A stretch of 44,128 bases of DNA from a virus (IMGVR_UViG_3300025646_000087:1-44128); one strand, 5' to 3'. Counted from the first letter of the stretch, positions 18,004 through 26,315 are shown. A program made the numbers and translations. The notes: a model not told the origin generated them from the letters alone.

Positions 18004-18175
18004 ATACCAATTAGTTAAGAAACTAGGCGTAACTCAATTCAAAGAGTTAGCTGATCTTGTTGACGATCTTGGGTGGGACTATCAAAGAATGACTACAAGT
18101 GGCAGAGCAACATACAAGAAACTTTGCAATACACTTGGTTGGGAATTTGAATGGAATGATGAGGAGTTAGGCTAA
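17990..18175 (+). CDS. Hypothetical protein
   Basis: 61 aa, RBS AAGGAG. Confidence 0.7.
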   Translation: MKLNEYQLVKKLGVTQFKELADLVDDLGWDYQRMTTSGRATYKKLCNTLGWEFEWNDEELG

Positions 18176-18405
18176 TGAAAGAATGGCAACAAGATAATTG
18201 GACTGAATTAACAACAGAAGATAATCAAGTCTTAGATGTTAATTTATGGACTGACGATACTACAGGTAAGCAATACATTTCTTTCTATCCTACAACTTGG
18301 AATGACGAGGGCTACTATACAGCAGACGGAAATTACCGAGAGGGATACAGAGAAACAGACAGCAATCCTATAGCAACTTATAGAGTAATTTTAGAGGAGA
18401 AATAA
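18175..18405 (+). CDS. Acidic hypothetical protein
   Basis: 76 aa, RBS GAGGAG, TAATG overlap. Confidence 0.7.
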   Translation: MKEWQQDNWTELTTEDNQVLDVNLWTDDTTGKQYISFYPTTWNDEGYYTADGNYREGYRETDSNPIATYRVILEEK

Positions 18406-18407
18406 AA

Positions 18408-18596
18408 ATGAAAGTAAAAGATCTAATTAAAGAACTACAGCAACAAGACCAAGATAAAACTGTAAATATCTTTATTGCCAAAGAATTTGGAGAAGACAAT
18501 GTAGAAGATATTTATAGCGAAGTTATCTTAGATGTTATTGATCAAGATGATACTGTAGAAATTTATTGTTTAAAGGAGAGTGCAAATGTCAATTAG
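18408..18596 (+). CDS. Acidic hypothetical protein
   Basis: MKVKDLIKELQ..DQD N-terminus common in small phage proteins; RBS GAGGAG. Confidence 0.7.
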   Translation: MKVKDLIKELQQQDQDKTVNIFIAKEFGEDNVEDIYSEVILDVIDQDDTVEIYCLKESANVN

Positions 18597-18828
18597 AAAA
18601 ACAAACAAAGACAGATCAAACGACATATATCGTCTAATGTTAGTCTTTTTACAATACTATGGTTTTGAAAAGTCATACGCTGATGAAGAAAACTGGTTTA
18701 TAAGAGATTTGCTATGCGACTTAAAACACTTTTGTGATGAATACGCTATTGATTTTTATGGCGAGTTAATTAGGGCTGAAAAGTTTTACGACCTAGAGGT
18801 GCAAGAAGAAAAAAAGGAGAGTGCTTAA
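18586..18828 (+). CDS. Hypothetical protein
   Basis: ATG 18586, RBS AAGGAG; DLLCDLKHFCD. Confidence 0.7.
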   Translation: MSIRKTNKDRSNDIYRLMLVFLQYYGFEKSYADEENWFIRDLLCDLKHFCDEYAIDFYGELIRAEKFYDLEVQEEKKESA

Positions 18829-19172
18829 TGGATATAGGCAATAGATGTGTATGTTGTGGCGAAGATACTTCTTTTGGTAGTGGCAACTTCGTCAATCGTA
18901 TTCCTGCAGATGCAGATTACGAGAGTTTAGACGAGCAAGGTAATGTTATCTTTGCTGACGGAGAATACAGGGACGGATATGCTTGTTCTGATTGTATGGC
19001 TATACCTTGTTATAGGTGTGATAAACCTATACCTTTAGACGAAGATCTATCACCTTGTTGTGTTTATCCTGAAGACCATATCAATCATTTTGATAATGAA
19101 TTTTCAGATGGTGCAGATAGAGTGCATTTTGAATGTCTAACTAAAGAAGAAAGACAATATTTAAATGTTTGA
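18828..19172 (+). CDS. Double zinc-finger-like hypothetical protein
   Basis: CVCC, CSDC, CYRC, HFEC. Confidence 0.7.
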   Translation: MDIGNRCVCCGEDTSFGSGNFVNRIPADADYESLDEQGNVIFADGEYRDGYACSDCMAIPCYRCDKPIPLDEDLSPCCVYPEDHINHFDNEFSDGADRVHFECLTKEERQYLNV

Positions 19173-19230
19173 ATTTCTAGCTATAACTATATTAATCATT
19201 TTATTTCTAATAGATAAGGATAACAGCTAA
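19165..19230 (+). CDS. Putative 21-aa hydrophobic micropeptide
   Basis: MFEFLAITILIILFLIDKDNS; exactly fills the gap, overlapping both neighbours. Confidence 0.45.
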   Translation: MFEFLAITILIILFLIDKDNS

Positions 19231-19472
19231 TGCTATCAAGAAAAGACGAAAGAAACGAAGACGGCTACAGAGATTGTAATCTCTGTGGCCATTCTTTTAA
19301 TCTATATGCAGATGACGAGGGACTACTCAATCTAGAGGAAATCCTAGAGTGTTCTGAGCAACAACAACAACAATGGCAATCAAACAATCCAAGAATAGAT
19401 TTAACAAGCTATTTCTGTAGTGATTGTGCCGAACATACCATTCAACAAATAGAGGAGAAAATAAATGTATAG
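19230..19472 (+). CDS. CxxC zinc-binding hypothetical protein
   Basis: CNLC...CSDC. Confidence 0.7.
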   Translation: MLSRKDERNEDGYRDCNLCGHSFNLYADDEGLLNLEEILECSEQQQQQWQSNNPRIDLTSYFCSDCAEHTIQQIEEKINV

Positions 19473-19656
19473 AGCAACAATAGAGTTAGAGTTTAATCAG
19501 AAACCTGATGAAGCAGATGTAATCAATTACCTAAATGAATTAATTGATAACGACTGTTTAGGATTTGAGATTAAACAAATTAACAATCCTAATAGCGTAG
19601 GTTATTACGGATACAATCAAAAAACGGATAACTACTATCCAAATTTAGACGACTAA
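19465..19656 (+). CDS. Hypothetical protein
   Basis: 63 aa, RBS GAGGAG. Confidence 0.65.
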   Translation: MYRATIELEFNQKPDEADVINYLNELIDNDCLGFEIKQINNPNSVGYYGYNQKTDNYYPNLDD

Positions 19657-19667
19657 GGAGAAGTTAA

Positions 19668-19859
19668 ATGACTGAACATACCGACAAAGTAGAACAAGCA
19701 AGATTTAGAATATTCAAAGAGCAAACAAACTACCCTACGATTGAGGGTAGAGCCGAATGGGATTACTTAATCAAACGCTATCCAAATGGCAAGATCGTCA
19801 AAGTCTTTGACGACAAACGAAAGAAAAATGAAATCGTAGCAGAGGGAGAGGAAGTTTAA
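19668..19859 (+). CDS. Hypothetical protein
   Basis: 63 aa, RBS AAGGAG. Confidence 0.65.
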   Translation: MTEHTDKVEQARFRIFKEQTNYPTIEGRAEWDYLIKRYPNGKIVKVFDDKRKKNEIVAEGEEV

Positions 19860-20491
19860 TCTTCCTCTCTATTAACTCCTACCTTATCCTTTTTCTTTTT
19901 TCCAGAATCTAAAATATCGTCAACGCTAATCATACTTCCCGACTTGTCTTCAATAGCTGTTCCCGACTGTTGATGTTCAATAACTTTGTTCCCGATTAAT
20001 TGCTGTAGCCGTTTTTCGACTTCCTCCCGACTCATCTGGTCAATCTTTCCATGCAATACTTCCCGACGATCAACAATTAGCCCGCCAAGTTTCAACAACA
20101 AATTCTGAGCGTTGATGGCCGCCGTAAAGTTTTCCTTCTCCCACGCCGCATCTCTGAGTTTATACAAGTCCTCGACAGCTCTATCGTGATTCAATTCAAA
20201 TTTCTTTTTAGCCTCACTCATCAATCTTTCATACTCCCGACGAACATGCGCATATCTCCCGCCTGGTCTCATCAATCTCCCGACGACTACCGGATTCTTA
20301 TAGCCTGCCTTTTTCGCGGCCTCCGCGAAAGTCAGTCTAGGATCGTTGACTGCATTCCAGACTAATAACCTTTGTCTCTTGGTTAACTTCTTCTCGTCGT
20401 CATTCATATATTCAATCGGCATCTCATCTACAGGTTCAAGCGTCGGCTCTACCTTGATGGTTGGCCTTATCCTCATATCGTATGCTGGCAT
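19856..20491 (-). CDS. terS: Terminase small subunit-like HTH protein
   Basis: LTKRQR...TFAEAAKKAGY N-terminal HTH; LRDAA...FTAAINA...LGGLIVDRREV; IDQMSREEV. Confidence 0.7.
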   Translation of the reverse strand: MPAYDMRIRPTIKVEPTLEPVDEMPIEYMNDDEKKLTKRQRLLVWNAVNDPRLTFAEAAKKAGYKNPVVVGRLMRPGGRYAHVRREYERLMSEAKKKFELNHDRAVEDLYKLRDAAWEKENFTAAINAQNLLLKLGGLIVDRREVLHGKIDQMSREEVEKRLQQLIGNKVIEHQQSGTAIEDKSGSMISVDDILDSGKKKKDKVGVNREED

Positions 20492-20618
20492 GTTCTATCT
20501 TAGTTATCCTCGCGTCAAATTCTTGTAAAAGTTTAGCTAATATCGGTTGTTCTAACAACTCTATCAAATCATCTGGAAGATGCTCCCGACACTTATCGGT
20601 TAGTCTTAATTTGTTCAT
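20436..20618 (-). CDS. Hypothetical protein
   Basis: 60 aa upstream of and overlapping terS. Confidence 0.5.
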   Translation of the reverse strand: MNKLRLTDKCREHLPDDLIELLEQPILAKLLQEFDARITKIEHASIRYEDKANHQGRADA

Positions 20619-20652
20619 ACTGAATAAATTTTATCACACCTTCTACAAATAC

Positions 20653-21004
20653 TTTTGTCAAAGTCTCTGACAAAACTCTGCCAAAACTCTTAACCCCTCG
20701 TAAAGTACTGATATAATGTATTATTTATATATAATAATATATATATATTTACCTTATTTATTAGTTTTGTCAGGTTTTTCTTTACCCCCCCTTTACTTTT
20801 ACGATTATGAGGGATTTTAGGCATATTCTAAGGGGGTACTCTGACAAAATGACAAAACTGCCAAAAGTGCGCCAGTACTGCATTTGCGCCATTTTGACAA
20901 AACTGACAAAATGACAAAACTACCCCGTTTTTGCCAAAACTCTGCCTAAAATACGACTAATTGCGGGTTTGAAGGGGGTCTTTTGTCAAAAGTTTATGAC
21001 AAAA
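20653..21004. repeat. Iteron-like array around AT-rich core (putative replication origin)
   Basis: 13 copies of TG(A/C)CAAAA (10 forward, 3 reverse) flanking an almost pure AT stretch at ~20711-20763. Confidence 0.75.
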
Positions 21005-21274
21005 CTATTTGTCTTTTTCAGGGGTAAAATCAGGGATAAATTCTATCTCTTTTGTTAGACCAAAAGAATTTTCTAAGATCTCATCTATTTTAAGAATACC
21101 TTGTTCGATTGTTGTTGAATAATCGAAGACTCTTGAGGTTCCGAAGGTAAAAAAAAGTAAGGCGACAAATTCCGCATCTGCGCCGCGTTCGATAAGTTCC
21201 GAGAATAAAGATTCAAGTCTACGTTCAGCTTCTTGTACGGAAGGTTTCTTCTTTTTGATTTCCAAGACTTTCAT
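21005..21274 (-). CDS. Hypothetical protein, possibly leaderless
   Basis: 89 aa; no SD, TAAACT -10-like box 6 nt before ATG. Confidence 0.6.
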   Translation of the reverse strand: MKVLEIKKKKPSVQEAERRLESLFSELIERGADAEFVALLFFTFGTSRVFDYSTTIEQGILKIDEILENSFGLTKEIEFIPDFTPEKDK

Positions 21275-21298
21275 ACTTGGAGTTTAGCTGAGAATGGT

Positions 21299-21393
21299 TA
21301 AAAAGGAAAGTGAGGTGTTTTGCCGCAGACTACACCTCAGAGTCCGGAGTGTGGGGTAAATGAAAGTATAAGGAACCCCAAAGCGACGCGTCT
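21299..21393 (-). ncRNA. Candidate ~95-nt small RNA
   Basis: Extended -10 TGtTAAAAT (21400-21408); hairpin UGGGGU/ACCCCA with 17-nt pyrimidine loop; terminal hairpin UGAGGUGU/ACACCUCA plus U-rich tail. Confidence 0.6.
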
Positions 21394-21433
21394 CTTATTA
21401 TTTTAACAGGCCAGACGACTTGCCTGCTCGCGA

Positions 21434-21628
21434 TTATCTTCTGGGCGCGTAGTTCTTAAAGAACCCGTCGGTTACCCAGTCAAACCAAAAATCTCTACAA
21501 CTGCATTCGTCGTAGCGTTTATCAATTTTTTGCATACGATAGTAGAACTCTCCTACATCTTCGCAATCTTGAATGATACCTTCGGCATCTGCCTCCATAT
21601 CAATTAATAAATCAGATATTCTTCCCAT
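21434..21628 (-). CDS. Hypothetical protein
   Basis: 64 aa, adjacent to upstream stop. Confidence 0.65.
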   Translation of the reverse strand: MGRISDLLIDMEADAEGIIQDCEDVGEFYYRMQKIDKRYDECSCRDFWFDWVTDGFFKNYAPRR

Positions 21629-21841
21629 TTAGTGTACCCCCATTTCTCTGATAAGTTTTGCTGATACCTCTTCTATTAAACAAGTAAGTCTAGAAGTATC
21701 GTTGGATATCTGCCAAGTGTAGATATCGGTTTTGGTTATTTCTATTAGACCTGCTTTGAAGTATTGTTCCATCAGCGCAAAGATAGAGTCTCGTAAGACA
21801 TCTCTTGTTTGGTCTATTTGTTCAGATATTGTTTCGTTCAT
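21629..21841 (-). CDS. Hypothetical protein
   Basis: 70 aa, RBS GGAGGAG. Confidence 0.7.
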   Translation of the reverse strand: MNETISEQIDQTRDVLRDSIFALMEQYFKAGLIEITKTDIYTWQISNDTSRLTCLIEEVSAKLIREMGVH

Positions 21842-21870
21842 ATTAGCTCCTCCGAAAATTATCTACACTT

Positions 21871-21915
21871 AGTATAGCAAAAGTAGTTTACAGCGCAACT
21901 ATTATTTGATACATT
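21871..21915. promoter_or_regulatory. Overlapping divergent promoters
   Basis: Minus TTGCGC-N16-TATACT with TGn extension; plus TTTACA-N17-TACATT with TGn extension. Confidence 0.6.
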
Positions 21916-21939
21916 TAGTAATTATATATAGGAGCATAT

Positions 21940-22122
21940 ATGAACGAAGTAAAAAATTTAATTGAAGGCGTCCTTGCCTTACAAAGTCCAACCGCACCCG
22001 TCGGCAGAATCGACATGCAAAAAGACCTAGACTCTATGAAAAAGATCAACGCGTTTGTTGAGTACATCTATACTCATCATCCCGCGTTGTTTGAGAAAGC
22101 CTACAAGGAAGCCAGCAAGTGA
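21940..22122 (+). CDS. Hypothetical protein, first gene of helicase operon
   Basis: 60 aa, RBS AGGAG. Confidence 0.7.
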   Translation: MNEVKNLIEGVLALQSPTAPVGRIDMQKDLDSMKKINAFVEYIYTHHPALFEKAYKEASK

Positions 22123-22364
22123 GATTAAGTAAACAAGATATTATTCAATACTTTAAAAACAGAGGATGTAACTTTGAATCCGAAGGTATAGGTAAATACA
22201 AAGTTTTTAAAAAATATATTTTTATAGAAGAACTTGACGTAGGAGAAGTTGTATTGTACGACTTTGACGGATCTATTTCCGGAGAAGCTATAGAAGGATA
22301 TTGTCCTAAAAAATTCAACTGGACCAAAGCATACATGCAAGATTGTATTGAGAACTTACTATGA
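22119..22364 (+). CDS. Hypothetical protein
   Basis: 81 aa, GTGA overlap. Confidence 0.65.
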   Translation: MRLSKQDIIQYFKNRGCNFESEGIGKYKVFKKYIFIEELDVGEVVLYDFDGSISGEAIEGYCPKKFNWTKAYMQDCIENLL

Positions 22365-22609
22365 GATTCTTTTTTAACTACAACGGCAAAGCAGTTGAGT
22401 GGGAATGGAAAGATAAAGACAAACAATTTTACAGAACTTATATCCCTAAAAAATCTGAATTGATTATTAAAGGGATAGACGGGGCCGAAAGGCAAATTAT
22501 TAAAGATACTCTATGGGAGAACATACAAAATGAAATTAGAGAAATCAAAGATAGGAAAAATCAGCAAGCCAAAGAAAGTCGTGCTAAGAAAAAAGCAAAT
22601 CAATCTTGA
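22361..22609 (+). CDS. Hypothetical basic protein
   Basis: 82 aa, ATGA overlap. Confidence 0.65.
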   Translation: MRFFFNYNGKAVEWEWKDKDKQFYRTYIPKKSELIIKGIDGAERQIIKDTLWENIQNEIREIKDRKNQQAKESRAKKKANQS

Positions 22610-22766
22610 GCAAGCTATTAAAGAAACTGAAAAGAAAATAGAACAGCAAATAGCTGAAAGAGAAAAAGAAATAGTGCGCGTTAAAGAGCCTATGACGTTT
22701 TCGCAAAATGTATTGGCTATTGTTGTTTTAGGAACAATCGTGCTGATCGCTTGGTTGAATGGGTAA
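22530..22766 (+). CDS. Small coiled-coil protein with C-terminal transmembrane helix
   Basis: VLAIVVLGTIVLIAWL; start uncertain. Confidence 0.55.
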   Translation: MKLEKSKIGKISKPKKVVLRKKQINLEQAIKETEKKIEQQIAEREKEIVRVKEPMTFSQNVLAIVVLGTIVLIAWLNG

Positions 22767-22857
22767 CTTCATATTGCCATTTCTTATAACTATAGCTAGT
22801 GCAGCAATCTTTGCTGTCGTTGGTTTGTATTTAATAGAAAAATTTCTAAGCAAATGA
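22759..22857 (+). CDS. Putative 32-aa membrane peptide (not in ORF track)
   Basis: MGNFILPFLITIASAAIFAVVGLYLIEKFLSK; overlaps both neighbours. Confidence 0.5.
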   Translation: MGNFILPFLITIASAAIFAVVGLYLIEKFLSK

Positions 22858-23009
22858 ATTATACAGAGGAAGAAAAAGAAACCTTAGATGCAATTAAAAT
22901 TATCAGAGCCTATATAAAAAATAACTTAGTGTTTGTAGGCGAGGTAAAGCTAGACGATATGTTGTTTAACTTGCAAGAAGAAATAATAGGTAAGGCGGAG
23001 TTTAGATGA
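22854..23009 (+). CDS. Small hypothetical protein (51 aa, not in ORF track)
   Basis: MNYTEEEKETLDAIKIIRAYIKNNLVFVGEVKLDDMLFNLQEEIIGKAEFR; ATGA overlap. Confidence 0.55.
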   Translation: MNYTEEEKETLDAIKIIRAYIKNNLVFVGEVKLDDMLFNLQEEIIGKAEFR

Positions 23010-23055
23010 TTAGTTATTTATGGGGTTGGTTTGACCCCGAGCAACTACCAAGATA

Positions 23056-24666
23056 ATGCCGCTTAGAGACTATCAACAAGAAGCCTTAGATGCGTTAGAA
23101 AATTACGTATCTTTAGAAGAGGGCAATCCTTTAGTTGTTATGCCGACAGGTTCAGGCAAGTCGCATGTTATTGCAGAATTTGTACTGCATATGAAACAAC
23201 AAAAAGATGCTAAGGCTTTGATCGTTAGTCATGTTAAAGAAATTATTTTGCAGAACTATGAGAAACTCAACAATGTTTGGGAAGGAGATATTGGTTTGTA
23301 TGGAGCTAGCTTTAAGAGCAGAGATACAGACAACGATATTATATATGCGCAGCTGCAATCGGTTTGGAACAAGGTAGGCAAGCTCCCTTCATTTGATCTA
23401 TTAGTAGTAGATGAAGCTCATCTTGTTCCAAAAGACGGCGAGGGAATGTATCGTTCTCTCGTCGTTGCTTTAAAAGAAAAAAATCCAGATCTTTGTGTAG
23501 TAGGTTTTACAGCTACTCCCTACCGTTTAAATTCCGGTATGTTAACCGAAGGTGAAGGCGCTATCTTCGACGATATCGCTATTGACTTTAGTAGTGGTGA
23601 TAATTTATTACGCTTGATTGATGATGGTTACTTAGCACCTCTAGTAACGAAATGTATGGATACTCAATACGACGTAGAAAGCGTCGGTATCAGAGGTGGA
23701 GAATTTATTCGTTCTGATCTACAAGAAAAAATGAACGACGAAGGCAAAACAATTAAAGCCATTCAAGAAACAATTAAAAAGGGACAGAACAGAAAGCAAT
23801 GGTTAATCTTTTGCGCTGGCGTCAATCATGCAGAGATGGTCTGCAGCATACTTCGTCTCTACGACATCAGCGCAAAGGTTGTAACTGGAGAGACTAGCCA
23901 AACCGAGAGAGACCAATTAATAGCAGATTACAAAGCTGGCAAAATAAAAGCGTTGGTTAATTGCGATGTGTTAACAACTGGATTTGATGCGCCTAATACA
24001 GATTTGATTGTTATGTTGCGCCCCACTCAAAGTCCAGGACTTTACGTGCAGATGATGGGTAGAGGTATGCGTCCATCAGACGGCAAGAAAGATTGTTTGG
24101 TTTTAGATTTTGCTAGAAATATTGAGCGTCATGGTCCAATCAATCAGATCAAACCAAATGCTAAAGGACAGCGCAGAAAGCCAGGACAGATGCTAGTTAA
24201 GTCTTGCAAAGAATGTCAGTCGTATGTACCGAAAGCGGCTAATACTTGTCCGGATTGTGGTTACCAATTTCCTATGCGTAAATTGCAACTTGATTTGGTT
24301 GCATCTCAGCTTGAAATCATATCTAAAAATCAAAAAAAAGAACGCTACGATTTAAAAGTTATAGATATGTGGGTGGGTCATCATCTTGCAAAAGGCAAGA
24401 ATGTGCCTGTATTAAAAGTCAGTTACAAGACTCCCAATAAAATTATTAACGAATTTATTTGTTTTGAACATACCGGTTACGCTAGACAGAAAGCAGTAGC
24501 GTGGTGGAATCATATGGTTTCTGGCGAAAGTTTGCGTCGCTCCCCTCCGATTACAATAGATGAGGCTCTCTTTCGCCAGACTGAAATTAATAAACCTAAT
24601 CTGATAAAGGTTGACTTTACAGGTAGGTATCCAAACGTGGTCAATTATTTGTATGCCGATCGGTGA
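23056..24666 (+). CDS. Superfamily 2 DEAH helicase (SSL2/RadD-like) with zinc ribbon
   Basis: LRDYQ, PTGSGKS, DEAH, TATP, LTTGFDAP, QMMGRGMR, CKEC...CPDC. Confidence 0.92.
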   Translation: MPLRDYQQEALDALENYVSLEEGNPLVVMPTGSGKSHVIAEFVLHMKQQKDAKALIVSHVKEIILQNYEKLNNVWEGDIGLYGASFKSRDTDNDIIYAQLQSVWNKVGKLPSFDLLVVDEAHLVPKDGEGMYRSLVVALKEKNPDLCVVGFTATPYRLNSGMLTEGEGAIFDDIAIDFSSGDNLLRLIDDGYLAPLVTKCMDTQYDVESVGIRGGEFIRSDLQEKMNDEGKTIKAIQETIKKGQNRKQWLIFCAGVNHAEMVCSILRLYDISAKVVTGETSQTERDQLIADYKAGKIKALVNCDVLTTGFDAPNTDLIVMLRPTQSPGLYVQMMGRGMRPSDGKKDCLVLDFARNIERHGPINQIKPNAKGQRRKPGQMLVKSCKECQSYVPKAANTCPDCGYQFPMRKLQLDLVASQLEIISKNQKKERYDLKVIDMWVGHHLAKGKNVPVLKVSYKTPNKIINEFICFEHTGYARQKAVAWWNHMVSGESLRRSPPITIDEALFRQTEINKPNLIKVDFTGRYPNVVNYLYADR

Positions 24667-24946
24667 TGAAATACGTTTCTACCCTATGCGCAAGAATACA
24701 GGCGGACTTAAGTTTGTTCCGTTTGATCATACAGAATTGGACTTAGGTTTTGTCGGAAATAAAGAAGAATACAAAGAATTATTAGAATACTGGGAAATGA
24801 TAGATAAACCTTATTACGACGAAGCTAAAGATTACGGAGATAATCTGCAATCTATATATAACAATTTAAAGTATTGGCCTAGACCAATGAAACACCCATC
24901 TGTTATACAGATATTAATACTGGAGTATGAAAATGGAAATAACTGA
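24653..24946 (+). CDS. Hypothetical protein
   Basis: Probable start ATG 24653; between helicase and exonuclease. Confidence 0.6.
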   Translation: MPIGDEIRFYPMRKNTGGLKFVPFDHTELDLGFVGNKEEYKELLEYWEMIDKPYYDEAKDYGDNLQSIYNNLKYWPRPMKHPSVIQILILEYENGNN

Positions 24947-25763
24947 ATTAAAAGAATATAAATTTACCGAAAGAGGAGACGCGTTTATCTTTGATGATAT
25001 ACCTAATGCCGTCTATCACGCCGGTCCAGGACTCAGTAGCTCTAACGTCAGAGCTTTTGGGCATTCTCAATTACACGCGGTTGAACACGTTCAAGAAACT
25101 ACGCCTGCTATGAACTTTGGGACGGCTGCACACTCAATGATTGTAGAGGGAGAACAAGCATTTAATAACGACGTTGCTGTTATTACTGGCTCTCCATATA
25201 CCAATGCAAACAAAGACTTAAAAGCCGAATACGAAGAAAGAGGTTTGACTGTTATTAAAGAAGCTGAGTTACAAGCTATCAAGGGTATGAAAGCCAATCT
25301 AATTGATGAAGGCGACGTTTATATTAATGCAGAAGGTAGGCTTACAGAGGCTAGTTTTTATTGGTATGAAGGCGAAATACTTTGCAAGTGTCGTCCAGAT
25401 GTTCTCTGTCCGCCTATCCAAAAACCTTATGCCGCTAACGATATTGTTGTTGTTGACTATAAAACAACGCAAAGCTGTCACCCTAAAGAGTTTGCTGGTT
25501 CGGTTAGAAAATACGGTTACGACATGCAAGCCGCTTGGTATCGCAGAGGAATGGAAAAAGCTGGATTCAGAGTAAAAGAATTTATTTTTGTAGCTCAAGA
25601 AAAAGTACATCCATTTGCATCTAAAGTCTTTCGTATGGGTGAAGAGCATATGAATAGAGGCTGGGAGATGATGGAGCAGTATTTAGAGGCTTATAAAAAT
25701 TATGAAAAAGGCGGTCATTTAACTATCTATAACAGTCCCAATATAGTAGATTTAGAACTGTGA
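24927..25763 (+). CDS. PD-(D/E)xK exonuclease, RecE/ExoVIII-like (DUF3799 type)
   Basis: YH...LSSS, MNFGTAAH, KCRPD, VVDYKTT, YGYDMQAAWY, FIFVAQEK. Confidence 0.85.
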   Translation: MKMEITELKEYKFTERGDAFIFDDIPNAVYHAGPGLSSSNVRAFGHSQLHAVEHVQETTPAMNFGTAAHSMIVEGEQAFNNDVAVITGSPYTNANKDLKAEYEERGLTVIKEAELQAIKGMKANLIDEGDVYINAEGRLTEASFYWYEGEILCKCRPDVLCPPIQKPYAANDIVVVDYKTTQSCHPKEFAGSVRKYGYDMQAAWYRRGMEKAGFRVKEFIFVAQEKVHPFASKVFRMGEEHMNRGWEMMEQYLEAYKNYEKGGHLTIYNSPNIVDLEL

Positions 25764-26032
25764 TTGAATATAAGTTTAAAGAAGATGAGATTCTTCAAGC
25801 TATTAAAGAATATATAGATCAAACTTATAATCAACATTACGCTAACGGTAAGTATCAGGCAACTGATATTATTATTGATAGCGGTCATGGTGAGGGCTTT
25901 GCCCTAGGAAACATAATGAAATATGCTATGCGGTTCGGTAAAAAGAACGGTAAAGAAAATGCTGACTTAATGAAAATAATTCATTATGCAGTTATAGCAT
26001 TGTATGTTAATGGATATAAAAAGGATAATTAA
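25760..26032 (+). CDS. DUF3310 (T7 gp1.7-like) putative nucleotide kinase
   Basis: HY..G...D, GF.LGNIMKY..R.GKK, DL.K..HY. Confidence 0.75.
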   Translation: MIEYKFKEDEILQAIKEYIDQTYNQHYANGKYQATDIIIDSGHGEGFALGNIMKYAMRFGKKNGKENADLMKIIHYAVIALYVNGYKKDN

Positions 26033-26033
26033 A

Positions 26034-26240
26034 ATGTTTGAAAGATTTGATAAATACCTATGTTACTACAAATCAGAAAATGGTATGCGCGTAGCTGTTC
26101 TCAATGCTCCAGATGAAGATACTGCAAAGTTCTTTGTTCAATTAAAATCTATGGAAGAAGATGATGTCTTTGTTCCTGCCGAAGTTATAGAAATCTCTAA
26201 ATACGATCCATCACATAGAATTAGTTTAACGATTCATTAA
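26034..26240 (+). CDS. Hypothetical protein
   Basis: Probable start ATG 26034 after AAGGA. Confidence 0.6.
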   Translation: MFERFDKYLCYYKSENGMRVAVLNAPDEDTAKFFVQLKSMEEDDVFVPAEVIEISKYDPSHRISLTIH

Positions 26241-26254
26241 TCCCCCTAAAGAAT

Positions 26255-26315
26255 GCTAGGTGGGCCCACCTTGAGTGTGTGGGGGGAAAGGAAAGCCCTT
26301 TTATGGCGCCCTAGC
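26255..26315 (-). ncRNA. GC-rich branched RNA structure/terminator between convergent operons
   Basis: Outer stem GCUAGG/CCUAGC followed by AUUCUUU; inner AAAGG/CCUUU and CCCAC-ACACUCAAG-GUGGG hairpins. Confidence 0.5.

Noticed and set aside
20653-21004. Repeats as a mini-CRISPR
   Set aside because: 8-bp units in both orientations with irregular spacing
21278-21350. tRNA-like start (GGAGTTTAGCTGAGAATGGTTA)
   Set aside because: D stem does not pair, no T-loop GTTCRA, no acceptor stem
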